Shown: positions 35,538-47,225, numbered from the whole stretch's first letter. The stretch is 63,460 nt of DNA, filler included, from Reticulomyxa filosa (GCA_000512085.1; 25 parts of 25 records of this genome joined end to end with filler, not necessarily neighbours in it); one strand, 5' to 3'. Numbers and translations: made by a program. The notes: generated by a model not told the origin, from the sequence alone.

Positions 35538-35722
35538 GTAGCCGGTTTTGCCCGAGGTTCAGTAGAAGTTACACAACCTTCGGAGTTCTTCCAAAACAAA
35601 AGAGGGGTATTTGCCTCGATATTACCAATTTCCCGGAAGGAGTCGAACACCCTTAAGGCTAAGCTAGGATCGACACCCTCTCACGTTGCCAGTAAAGGAG
35701 TTACTATCTCAATTACCAGGAG
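35538..35722 (-). ncRNA. tRNA-headed Pol III-type unit (SINE-like or ncRNA) ending in a long T run
   Basis: Minus strand: TCCTGG/CCGGGA acceptor-like pairing, GTTCGACTCC B-box, 3' hairpin CCGAAGGTT..AACCTCGG, then T15. Confidence 0.5.
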
Positions 35723-36141
35723 TTTGCACGTAAAAAAAAATTTTTCGGACCTATGCAAATTGCAATGATGTCACAATGAACAAATTACCTTTTGCAATCT
35801 TCAATGAACCAACATCAGATGAGATTCTGTTATTGTTGGATGATGAAAAAAAAATCCTTCATCTAGAAAAAAAAAGTGTGTTTTTGAATGAAGACAAGCG
35901 ATAGCAGTATCTGAAGAAGTTCAAGTTAATCTTCGATTATTAACAACGATTTTCATTGTCGGCAAGATTGTGGCGAAAACAGAAACAAATACAAAGATAC
36001 AAAGAAAATAATCTCAAAGGAAAATTTTTTTTAAAATTTTTTTTCTACTAGTCAGACATCTGATATTGGGATTTGCGCGAGATCAGATATATACAAGATA
36101 ACAACACCCAAAATGAACAGTCGATTAACAAGAAAGAATGT

Positions 36142-36404
36142 CGAACAAAATTGGGCCACTTTTCTATTAAATAAGCCGAAATGGTAATATAAACATTCAC
36201 ACGCTTTTCTTTAATAACAAGTGCTTAAATTTTATTTTTTGTTTTAGTTTGCTTTAATTTTGTTAAGATTTGAATTGAATCTCAATATTTCCCTGAGACT
36301 TCAACACTTCGAAAACAAGGCTCAGAGGATTCAGTTGAGCATTAGCATTCCACAGGGAAGAGCCAAATTTGTTTTCACAACCGTTGATTGATCTCACCGT
36401 ACAA
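36142..36404. repeat. Dispersed repeat, copy 1 (copy 2 at 39404-39682)
   Basis: Collinear near-identity, e.g. CACTTCGAAAACAAGGCTCAGA and CACAACCGTTGATTGA.CTCACCGTACAAC. Confidence 0.9.
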
Positions 36405-37295
36405 CCTTTATATATATATTTTTTTTTTTAAATATCAAAAAAAACAAATAAATCTCAATCCCCTTTCATCATTGAAGGCAACCAAGCCTAGAAAGAAAAA
36501 AAAAACAAAGCCAACGCCTAAAGGGGAAGGACAACATGTCCAAATACATGCCCCCATGGCGAAAATGGCCGACATTACCAAAACTTTTCAAAACTTTTTG
36601 AAAAAAAAAGCAAACTTTCGGCGGAGGTTAGCCTCTGACTTCAAAGCGCGAGCAAAAGCACGTCCAATAGGTTCGTCCTTTTATCCTCAAGGCCGCACAA
36701 GCCCCAAACAAGAAAAAATTGGTTGTTGTATGTCCTCCAACCCCTGGGACCTCGAAAACGTCCAACAGCTTTTAGCTTTAGTGAATTAACCATGGTCTTT
36801 TNNNNNNNNNNNNNNNNNNNNNNNNNNNNNNNNNNNNNNNNNNNNTTAATTAATTAANNNNNNNNNNNNNNNNNNNNNNNNNNNNNNNNNNNNNNNNNNN
36901 NTCATATATGGTGGTGGCAATCTGTTGTGAATTAACACACAGGGGGCCCGTGCTACGTTGTACCATAAAGGCACATGGTAAACCTAGCGGGTGGAAGGAG
37001 GGATGGAAACTGCGACTAATGGCATAGCACTTCTAGAAGGCATGTATTTATGTCTGTGTAGATGCTTCACTTGCGTGAGGGTCTTCGGGTGGTGGAGGGT
37101 ATGTAATGATGAGGTACGGGACGATCACCTTTTGTTGGCTAAAAATTCCCTTGATCCGGTATTGATATTATGGCGGAATGCAGTTTTATAATATATTTAT
37201 ATTTTTATATTTATATTCAAAAAAAACGAGAAAGAATAGAAGCTATTCTTTCCAGAATAAGTAACCCTGGAAGAATAAGCAATTCTATTTCTCTG

Positions 37296-37375
37296 GCAGT
37301 CTATGCATATTGGTTTGCAATGCGATAATCTCGCAACTTCTTTTAGAAGTCTGGGTTCGAGTCCCAGAGATTGCA
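37296..37375 (+). tRNA. tRNA-like gene (class II; Leu/Ser-like) with a 5-nt anticodon loop
   Basis: GCAGTCT/AGATTGC acceptor, TGCA/TGCA D-stem, TGCGA-TAATC-TCGCA, ACTTCT-TTT-AGAAGT variable arm, CTGGG-TTCGAGT-CCCAG, discriminator A, downstream T run. Confidence 0.75.
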
Positions 37376-38631
37376 TAAATTTCTTCTTTCTTTTTTGAAG
37401 CTTTTATATTTATCTTTTTACCATTTAAATCTTTGTTATGTTTGATAATATATTTTATATCTTTTATTGAAAAATTATATACCTAAAATAGATCATAATT
37501 ATTTTAATTATATTACTTTTTTTACTATAAACTAATTTAAGAAAAAAAAATGTAATACAAAAAACGTTTAAAGTAATTTTAATAAAAAAGTAAAAATTTT
37601 TAAATTTATCGTTTAAAAGTATATAAAAAATAATAAATTGAATTTATTTATATATTTCATATATTTGAGACCAACAAATAAAAATAATGTAACGCCTCAA
37701 ATAAATTTATTTTATATATTTGATAATGTCATGTTATCTTTTTCTTTTTGTTCATCTTCAATTTGTGTATCAATTTGATGTCGAATATTTGTAGTTTGAT
37801 TTTTTACTTAGTTTCAATTTTTTTAATTCATCGGATTTGATTTGATAGTGTTCCAATAAATAATTAAATTGTATTAAGTTGTTCATATTATTTTGAATAA
37901 GTCTATGTTGTGCAACATCTTCAATTTGCACTTTTTTTTGCACTCTTTATATGTAAAAACAATTGACATTTGAGTTGAAAATGAAACTTAAATGTGATCC
38001 ACACATTCTATCAAATATCAATGAATATATATATTATACTATTTGTTCAAATATTCATACTAAATTATTTATTAAAAATAATATGCAAATTTGATATCTA
38101 TTTCAGAAAAATTCGATAAATACAATAACAATTATAAGTAAATATAAATCAAAAGGTTTCATACACACTGAACAAAATAAATTTTAATTAATAAAAAATA
38201 GTTNNNNNNNNNNNNNNNNNNNNNNNNNNNNNNNNNNNNNNNNNNNNTTAATTAATTAANNNNNNNNNNNNNNNNNNNNNNNNNNNNNNNNNNNNNNNNN
38301 NNNGTTTTTTACATTTTTGTTTACAATTCATTTTGTATTGTAATTTGCTAAATGTGCTTTCTAATTTTTTGCTTGATTTGGCTTCATTTAAATACTACAA
38401 TTGATAAATTTATGCTTTCATGAAACCAATTTACAACAATTTCTGTTTTTTCTGTTTTTGTATTTGTTCAATTGTACTTTAATAAATATGAATTACACAT
38501 AATTACTTTGTTGAACAGATTTAATGCTATGCATTATTTAAATCTAATTTGATGTCTTCGATATCCTCTAATTGATCAATTACTTTCAAAACAACTTATT
38601 TTTTATTGTAATATTGTCGTGTATATAACAT

Positions 38632-38866
38632 TGTAGGGTAAGCCCCTATTATACATGGCTGAACTCTTATGGAACTGAGGAGTGCCCTCTGGGTTAAACT
38701 TCTCCACAAACCTTCTTCACTTCTTGTTTTTGGTCTTTCCTTTTTATTTACTGAGTTATTTATTTTGGTTATTTAGTTTGCTTTGTTTTACTGAAATCCA
38801 CTCTCAATTCGAGTAAAATCTTTTCGTATTACATTTCGTGTAGCTCTCTACAGTAGACACCCCACA
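38632..38866. mobile_element. Solo LTR, 235 bp, with 4-bp TSD ACAT
   Basis: TGTAGGGT...ACCCCACA (7/8 inverted repeat); ACAT at 38628-38631 and 38867-38870; AATAAA on the minus strand. Confidence 0.8.
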
Positions 38867-39403
38867 ACATTATGTGCTGTTATTGCTTAATTTTACATTT
38901 AGTTATTTCGTAAATTTTTTCATTTTTTGTTTTTTAACTTGTCCAGCATCTCTGTTTTTCATGTTCGAGTTTTCAATTTTTTTTCGACACTAAGTAACAT
39001 TGTTATTGTTTGCTTATTTTATGTTGTTTTGTCATGTATCGTGCAGTATACTTTTATATTTCACTTTGTCTGAATTTTTACAATATTTTTTATGTCAATA
39101 TAGAAACTGATATAGGAGCAGCCCGGACCAGTAATCTAAATATCAGAAGCAATAAAACTAAAAAAGCTTTATAATGCAGGACAACCAAGAGAAAGGCCAC
39201 ACGATGCATAGATACACCAAAAAAGATCATCTTGATGTGGTGTATTATTTACAAAAATGCTTCATACACAAAATTAGTGGTTCATTTTATTGTATCATTT
39301 TTANNNNNNNNNNNNNNNNNNNNNNNNNNNNNNNNNNNNNNNNNNNNTTAATTAATTAANNNNNNNNNNNNNNNNNNNNNNNNNNNNNNNNNNNNNNNNN
39401 NNN

Positions 39404-39682
39404 CGAACAAAATTGAGCCACTTTTTTATTAAATAAGCCGAAATGGCAATATTAACAACATTCACATGCTTTTTTAATAATAACTGTTTAAATTTTATTT
39501 TTTGTTTTAGTTTGCTTTAATTTGTTAAAAGAGGTAAATTGAATCTCAATATTTCACTGAAACTTCAACACTTCGAAAACAAGGCTCAGATGATTCGATT
39601 GAACATTGGCATTGCTTCTGACCATTCCACAGGGAAGAACCAAATTTATTTTCACAACCGTTGATTGACCTCACCGTACAAC
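39404..39682. repeat. Dispersed repeat, copy 2
   Basis: Matches 36142-36404. Confidence 0.9.
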
Positions 39683-39884
39683 TTTGAGATTTTGATTTTT
39701 TTATTATTTTAAAGATTAAAATTTTTTTCACTTGTTGTTGTTGATTGTGTGAGTTTTTGATATGTTTTGTTGATCTTTTCCTTTTTTTTGTTTGTTTTCA
39801 TTATAGTACTGTGTTTCTTTTGGGACGAGGTGCTCATTTTAACTTGGATAAGATCTCATTCTTGCCATTAAAAAAAATAAATAA

Positions 39885-40713
39885 AACTTGGACTGATATA
39901 AATGCTAGACTTGCGATGCGCTTAATTTACTCTGGAGATGCACAAACAGCAGTAGATTTGCGGCGACTACTCGCACGAACATATAAAAGAGCGTTCTCCT
40001 TGAGCACTGTGAAGAACATTTTAAAATCCCAGTGTTTAAATGGTCGCTCAAAAAGCCTCGGTTAACTAAGCGCCATAAAAATTTACGTTTAGAGTTCAAA
40101 AAACACAAGTCACGGACCAAAAGTGATTGTAGAAAAGTGACTTTTTCCGATGAAACGATAAATCGTTTCTGAAGTGACAGAAAAGAATACATTTGGCGAA
40201 GGCCTAATGAAATGATTTCCGATCATACTATTAAGCCTACTATGAAATGTGGTGAAGGAAGCATGATGATTTGTGGATGCATGAGGGGCAAAATGAGTCA
40301 GTGATGCTGCCAAAATCACAGTAACTGTTAACTCTGAGTTTATAAAGAGATTCTCACTGACGAAATTTGGAACGCTTGTCAATATTGTCTCGAAGAAAAG
40401 TATCAGTAGGACTTTATCTTTCAGCAAGACAATGCATCTTGTCACAAGTTAAATTCAACTATGGAATTTTTGGAATCATCGAATAGCGCTCTTAGAACAT
40501 CTTCGCAGAGCTCAGGCCTCAATCCAATCGATAACCTGTGGCGAATTATAAAGATGAAGATCCACCAAAACTATGATGTTACATCTTTGGAAAAATGTGT
40601 TTGATAAAAAATGGGAATATATTGACAAAGGTATTTTTAGAACGTTAGTGGAATCCATTCATGATAAGATAAAAGCTTTGACCAAAGCAAGTGGTGTGCA
40701 TACGAAATATTAA
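39885..40713 (+). mobile_element. Tc1/mariner transposase remnant
   Basis: HTH region SLSTVKNILK; KVTFSDET; KPTMKCGEGSMMICGCM; FIFQQDNASCH; GLNPIDNLWRIIK; LVESIHDKIKALTKASGVHTKY*; frameshifted. Confidence 0.88.
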
Positions 40714-41129
40714 GAATTTTTGTTAGTGCTTTGGTTTGTTTTTATTTGTTTGTAACATTAGTTATTATATATCTACTGTTGAATCTTCTTCTTATATATA
40801 ATTTTGTAAAAAGCAAATACATTCTGCTACATGCCTCAATGTGATATGGATATATTGCCTCAATTCTAATCATTTTTGAAAATTTTTTTATTCCAACAAC
40901 TTTTCTAAATTTTTGTTTATTGTTTTTACAAACTACTTATAAAAGTGTAAACGTATATCCAGTAAACCAGAAAAAATAATCACAATTTGTAACTAAAATT
41001 TTTGTTAGAAACACAAAAAGGTTATATTTTGGTAATTGCTAATTTTTTTTTGTCGCAACTGTACAATACTTTGTATTTTTGATTGTCATTATTCTTCTCA
41101 AATCAACATTTTCTTATTTCTTCTAATTA

Positions 41130-41650
41130 TTGAGCAATTATCCATCGAATTGAAAAGGTGCAGTCATGATGATATCACTTTTGCAATCAATCTATCCATA
41201 TTGTCTACATCAGGTTTTGCTATATGCGATTCCTTGACAAATATTATAGATAGCTTCATTGTCAAACGCCAAGGTGATATCGTTGTAGCATAACAAAGAC
41301 ATTGCTAATAACTATCGAAGTCAATAATATATTTGATGGATATCGAATAAGCTACTTTTGTCATTTTCTTGTGCGTTCGCTGCAACATAAACGCACACAA
41401 TACATTGACTGTTCCTCCTCCAATACTATGAGTCATCATAAACCCTATTACATTGTCACAAGTGTCTACCAATTTTTGCAATTGATTATCCACTTTGCTC
41501 TTTATTTGCCTCGTGATTGAATGTATGCAAATGTACCTCCAGTATCTCCGTTGTGATAACAAAAAATCGATATTAAACAATGATCCAAGTAATCCAGATT
41601 TCACATCATTATATATTTGGCTTCAAGTCTACCTGCATTTTTGTTTAAAT
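41130..41650 (-). pseudogene. Alpha-tubulin pseudogene fragment
   Basis: LQKLVDTCDNVIGFMMTHSIGGGT, FDNEAIYNICQ, NMDRLIAKVISS and MTAPFQFDG in shifting frames, with deletions. Confidence 0.85.
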
Positions 41651-42399
41651 ATATGTATATGGCGTGTTTTTTTATTACACTAGCAAATAAAATAATATCA
41701 TCTTCTAAACTGCAAGATTTCTTGGAACAAACTAACCGTTACGCTTCTTCGAAAAAACTTTAAATGAGTTATCTTTTGTTACTTTCTGTTGTGTGCCTGC
41801 AGTTCTGCATTTCCAAGTTGAATATTCTATTGTTATAATTTCACTCATTTATTTTGCTCGCTCAAAAGAGGATAGAAATTTTTTTTTGTGGTTAGCATAG
41901 AAGACAGTAAGCAGCGAGCAAAGACTTTCTTTTGAACAAAAGAATTTGATTATTTCATAAAAATATCTAATGTTTATTCAAATGAAATTGTAAAAGCGAT
42001 TTTTTGATATCTACATATTGTGACAAATCCGCATTTCCAATACTTTCATTATTTCCAAAAGTACAGTGGCTAATTGCAACAAGACCGTCACAATCTCAGT
42101 CGTGTTGATAGATTACAATGTCCAATAAATGGTCTTACTTTTCACTAAAAGTTCTCGATAAATTGAACCTTTCACGCAATATTTTGTTGTTTATGGTTCA
42201 AAAAGATTGACTGACTAGTTTTTTTTGTGCAATTTTTTTGTTTCATTAATTCAAAAAAAAAAGACAATAAGAAGGTATTTTAGGTGAACGTTTTTTGTTT
42301 AAGGGTCCTTTTTTAAAAAAGTTAAACTAAAAAGCTTCAACATTAACTTATCTTTGAAATTTTTTTAAAGAGTCGTCCAGATTCCTAAAAAGTCAAAAA

Positions 42400-43287
42400 A
42401 TGAATGCCGGAAATAACGAAAATCAGCTTTCGATTAGTGGTAAAACATCACAAGAAAACAAGAAAGAACTTGACCGGAGGTGGGATATATTGTGCAAGAG
42501 AATCGAGTTACTAAAGCAAAACACAAAAGCAGCGAAAGTAGATGAGGATATGTGTAAAAATCTGGAAGCGTTGCTGACAAAGCAAACGCAAACACTGTTG
42601 GATATCAATAAGAGAAATCAAAGAGATCTGAGTCTTTTGTGTGAATATCAGCAAAACTTACTTGCTGTTTCGTAGACACGTTCACATACACAGAAAAATG
42701 CAAATGTCAAATACGAGATGTGTCCATATGGGAGAGTAAAAAAAGTGAGAAAGCAAACTAAAAACTTTACTATTTTATACATATATTAGTGTCTTGATGA
42801 AATCGAGGATGCTTCACAAAGTTCAGAGTTGGATGTACAACGATGGACAGACCGAATAAATGAAATTGAAATGTATTATCCTTTCAAGGACGTGAATAGT
42901 TCTTTTAAACAGGACACCAAAACAAAACTTGAAAATTCAAGTGTAGTCGCTTCGAATGTAATACAATCGGTTGAAACCATCAATCCAGAGAAAAAAAAGA
43001 AAGCAAAAAAAATAGAAACAGAGTCAAAAGAGAAAGAGCTAAAATCGATGGAATTTGCTCCAAAAGCAAAAATCCCTGTTCAGGGCTTCCCAAGATACTT
43101 TTCTCTCTATCCAAGATATATAAAAAGTTTACACTCTCTATTTTTTTTGTTTCTTCCTAAATATTCTCTTCTTTCGACTGTTCAACTCACAGGATCTATG
43201 TGGGTTGGTTCCAAAGTTATGACAATAAGAGTTGGAGATGACATTGTTGAAACGCGATTTACGTTTTCTGTGATTGGTCCAAAGTGA
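42400..43287 (+). CDS. Hypothetical protein with N-terminal coiled coil, multi-exon
   Basis: ORFs 42400-42675 and 42829-43287 with intron-like gaps. Confidence 0.45.
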
Positions 43288-43516
43288 TACAACAGTTTTA
43301 TTGCCTCACAGCTCTCCACTTTCTTATAAATGTGTGCTGAGACAGAATAATGATTATGAAAGACACAATTTTGCATTTAATTCTTGAGAACTTGATTCTT
43401 TCGTTCAACTTACATTTTTTGATCTGCTGAAACAGTCAACTGTGATAAAAAACTTGTTTTTAGAGAAAAGGAGTTCAAAAAATGTTCATTTAAAAAAAAA
43501 GCAAGCATTGACACAA

Positions 43517-44958
43517 ATGTGGAAATTATGTTGGCCACTGTTTGTATTGTTGATATTGTGTGATTCCATTTCGACTGAAATTATAAAATCAGATACATGG
43601 ACTCGAAAGAGCTGTCAAGAAAAAAGATCTTTGACTGGGCTTGGCAAGACCTCGGAAGAGATTATAGAATTACGTGCCAAAGATATTGAGTTTTGTAGAG
43701 GAAAAAACATTTGTGAATAGCAACCCGAGAAACGAATTATATGTGAAAAATAAATTAAAGAGATACTTGCAAACAACTTGGCATTGAAGAAAGAACATGC
43801 GAAGAATTGTTGAAGCGATTAATCCAAATATCAAATTCATCAAAACAAATAAAAGAAAATGCGAAAGAAATGCAAAGACAAATGCCAATCGAATGTGAAC
43901 GTGAGAGTAAGCATGAAAACGAAGACAGAAATGAAATAATGGCACATCAAAACAATGAAAAAATATGGGACGAAAACAAAGCAACAGTGCATATAACCAA
44001 CATAGTTGGTTCATTGGAAGGCAACAACAATGGTCAGTGGTCTGTGATGGCCCAAGTAAATTGGAGTGTGTCAACTCAAGCGAAACGAAACAGATTATGG
44101 ATATACGAAATTGAGATGAAAGAAGTGTCAAACGACAGTGGGAATTGGACTTAATAAAACAAGTGGAAAGGAACAATGAGTCAATAGAAAGCGCAAACAG
44201 TGAACAACTGACATGGGTAATCAATCATGTCAACGGTGATAAGAATGCAACCATGTCCTTCCAAATTCGAATGCGATTATGCTTTGACCAAACATTAGTT
44301 TGCACATTGTACAGCAATGAATTTGTATTGCATTTTTCTTTGTTCGACTTTTCTTCTTTGATTTTAAGTTCAATGCAAAAACACACTTTGTTGCATTTTT
44401 TACCCGCGGAATTCCGTACTTCATCCTTTCAAATGGCTTTATTGTATCGTGGCAGTCGTGATGGATTCACGTCCCAACGCTTCCATCAGCTTTGTGATGG
44501 AAAAGGACCCACCGTCACTGTCATTTTGTCCGATGTGTTCTTGCAAGTGTTTGGTGGATTCACACTTTCGTTGTGGGAACAACCTTGGAATTTTTTGCAT
44601 TCTTTCGCCAATGACTCCTCTGCTTTTTTATTTTCTCTTACTCACTCGCCTCAGAAATGGGTTGTTCGTCCCAATTATGTTCATGAAGCCGTTTTCCATC
44701 ATCCCTATTTTGGTCCTTGCTTTGGTTAATTTTCCATCTTTTTTTAATTTACTTTTTGCTTTGCTTGAAGGTATTCTTTTAAATAAACCATTAAAAGGGA
44801 GAGGAGATATTGTCATCACGGATCACTCCAATGTTACCAGTGCCAATCAGTGCCAATCTACTTCGTACTCTGGTCCAGCTGGAGTGTCTACGTTGGCAGG
44901 GGCTGAGAATTTCCAGGTCAAAGAAATTGAAGTTTTTTTGCTTCACCAAATGCTTTGA
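43517..44958 (+). CDS. TLDc-domain protein with signal peptide and FN3-like middle region
   Basis: MWKLCWPLFVLLILCDSIST; LLYRGSRDGFTSQRFHQLCDGKGPTVTVI..VFGGFT..SAFLFSL..GPCFG..LAGAENFQVKEIEVF; 1-nt frameshift near 44150. Confidence 0.8.
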
Positions 44959-45383
44959 CAGTATTTTTCTTTTTCTTCAAAGGTTTTTTGTCTCGAGTTG
45001 TTCGAAATTTGTTTGAGCAAGCTATTAAAGGGAAGACACAACAAAAATTTAAATCTGGCTCAGCGGCCAACAAGTCAAAAGTTGATATGACAAAGACAAA
45101 ACACGTTAAAAATTAACATTCAAATTGACACGCACAAAAATAAATAATTCCAAATAATAATAAATCACTTTTGCTCATTTTTATTTCTTCTTTATTGACC
45201 TTGTTAATTAATTGTAGACAAAAGTGAAACAAAAAGCAAATTAATATAAAAAGTGTAACAATTAAAAAATTAATCATAGAATGGGCTGTGGCTTGTATTT
45301 CTTTTTTTAACAATATAAAAAGTTCCTTTTTTTTGATGAAATACGGCAAGTTAAAAAAAACAGAGGGGTAAAGCAGACAAAAA

Positions 45384-46941
45384 ATGTCGGAAACAACTGC
45401 TCAATCGTCAGATGAGCGTTATGCAAAAGAATCATTGAAAAAAAGCAACGGAATAGATGATACTATGCTAGTAATAGGAGATCGAGTTCAACTGTCTAAC
45501 AATGAACAAGGAGAAGTGAAGTTCATAGGTCCAGTGTTGTTTGCAGAGGGTATCCACTACGGGATAGGATTGGATTTAGATCACGGGAAACATAACGGTA
45601 CAGTCGACAAACACAAATATTTTGAATGTACGAACAGCCATGGAGTATTTGTGGAGAGATTGAAAATTGTATCGCAAATTCAGAGTTTCGAAGCAAAACG
45701 AGGGGAAAAAAGGGAGAGAGAGGCAAGAGTAAGACGAGATAAATAAAAAAAATAACAGGTCGCAAGGGTATAAGGATAGGAATAGGACAAGAAGTGGACT
45801 TACCAGACAAAGGACGAGGGATAGTAAGATTTATGGGTCCAGTGGATTTTGATGAAGGGATTTGGTATGGAATAGAGCTCAATGAAAAAAAAGGGAAAAC
45901 GGATGGAAGTGTAAATCAAATTCAATATTTCAAATGTTCAAATAATTGTGGCACATTTATTAAAGAAGAAGACTTGTTTACAATTGTCCAAGGTAGATTC
46001 ACATATTTGTTGTTGTTGTTGTTGTTGTTGTTGGAAATGGCAAAGTATACACGACTTTAATTAATTTTGTAATGTGTGTATGTGTATACATACATATACA
46101 CGACATCGATAATATATTAAAAAACAATCGAAGCAAGCAACAATTTGAAGAATTTGCATTCGATCAAAAGCACATCGGACGTAGATAAGAGTGAAGAGAC
46201 GAGAAGTATGCCTCGCAAGCAATCGCTGACGATTCGTGTGGAAGCGTCTGGGAACATGAAGAGTGTCGGCACCGACAGTGGAAAGGCTGCAATGAACAAA
46301 AAAAATGGCAAAACGACAATGACGACAGGGATGAGCAAGACACCACAACCCAATCCGTCTGGAAGCGCCTTCAAAAAGAAGCCGAAGCAAGGAGGGGGTC
46401 CCGACCAAAAGACCAAACCTGCGCCCGTGACACCCACGCCGACAAGAACGGGCATTGCCAGTAACAGCGCTAGCAATTTGAAGGCAGTTGAAGAGGATAA
46501 GAAAGCAAAAACGAATTTCAATCGACGAAAGCGAGCGAATACTCAACAAATAATAGACAGCAGCAACTCCAAATCTAGATCTTCGATCAAACTCAATACC
46601 ATTAGTCCTAACACTGACAATTGCAATACATCGACTACTCCAACAACGAGTGCACAAAGAGACATCAAAGGTGATGACAATGTCGATAGTGGTATCACTA
46701 CTCGTACGAGTTCAATCCATCACATTAGTGAAAACGCCACCAACATCAAAGGCGAAAATACCATCAAACACAGTACCAAAAGTAGAAAGAGTATTCTCAA
46801 GGATGTCGATGCCTTGGATGTTGATGCCTTGGATGTTGATACCTTGGACTTGTTTCCATTGGGCGAAAATGATGTAAAAACATATGGCAATGATATGGAT
46901 TTCGATGATGATCAAGATTATGACAATGACAATGACAATGA
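45384..46941 (+). CDS. Tandem CAP-Gly domain protein, 5' part
   Basis: GEVKFIGPV..GIGLDLDHGKHNGTV..YFEC..GVFV and GIVRFMGPV..WYGIELNEKKGKTDGSV..YFKC..GTFI, then a low-complexity K/S/T tail. Confidence 0.92.
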
Positions 46942-47110
46942 NNNNNNNNNNNNNNNNNNNNNNNNNNNNNNNNNNNNNNNNNNNNTTAATTAATTAANNN
47001 NNNNNNNNNNNNNNNNNNNNNNNNNNNNNNNNNNNNNNNNNTATCACTAGTGTATACTTTTTTTTTCTATACGGCGCACATACTTTCGATCGAGTTTTAT
47101 AACTAATGGC

Positions 47111-47225
47111 AAAAAAAAGCAAAAGAAGACAAAAGCAAAAAGAAAAGAGCGAACCGGGCGGCGCCTGAAGGCGCCGCCTGTTTCGTTCTTTTATTTTTCG
47201 CTTTTCCCTTCTTTTGCTTTTTTTT
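47111..47225 (+). repeat. About 115-nt imperfect palindrome with GC-rich core GGCGGCGCC-TGAA-GGCGCCGCC
   Basis: Arms of about 56 bp, complementary apart from a few mismatches, two of them G-T. Confidence 0.9.

Noticed and set aside
37100-37135. TGATGAG as a hammerhead ribozyme core or C-box
   Set aside because: No CUGAUGA/GAAA core with the required stems, and no matching terminal D-box structure seen.
39800-40800. Terminal inverted repeats for the Tc1 remnant
   Set aside because: No matching pair with a TA duplication could be found by eye.
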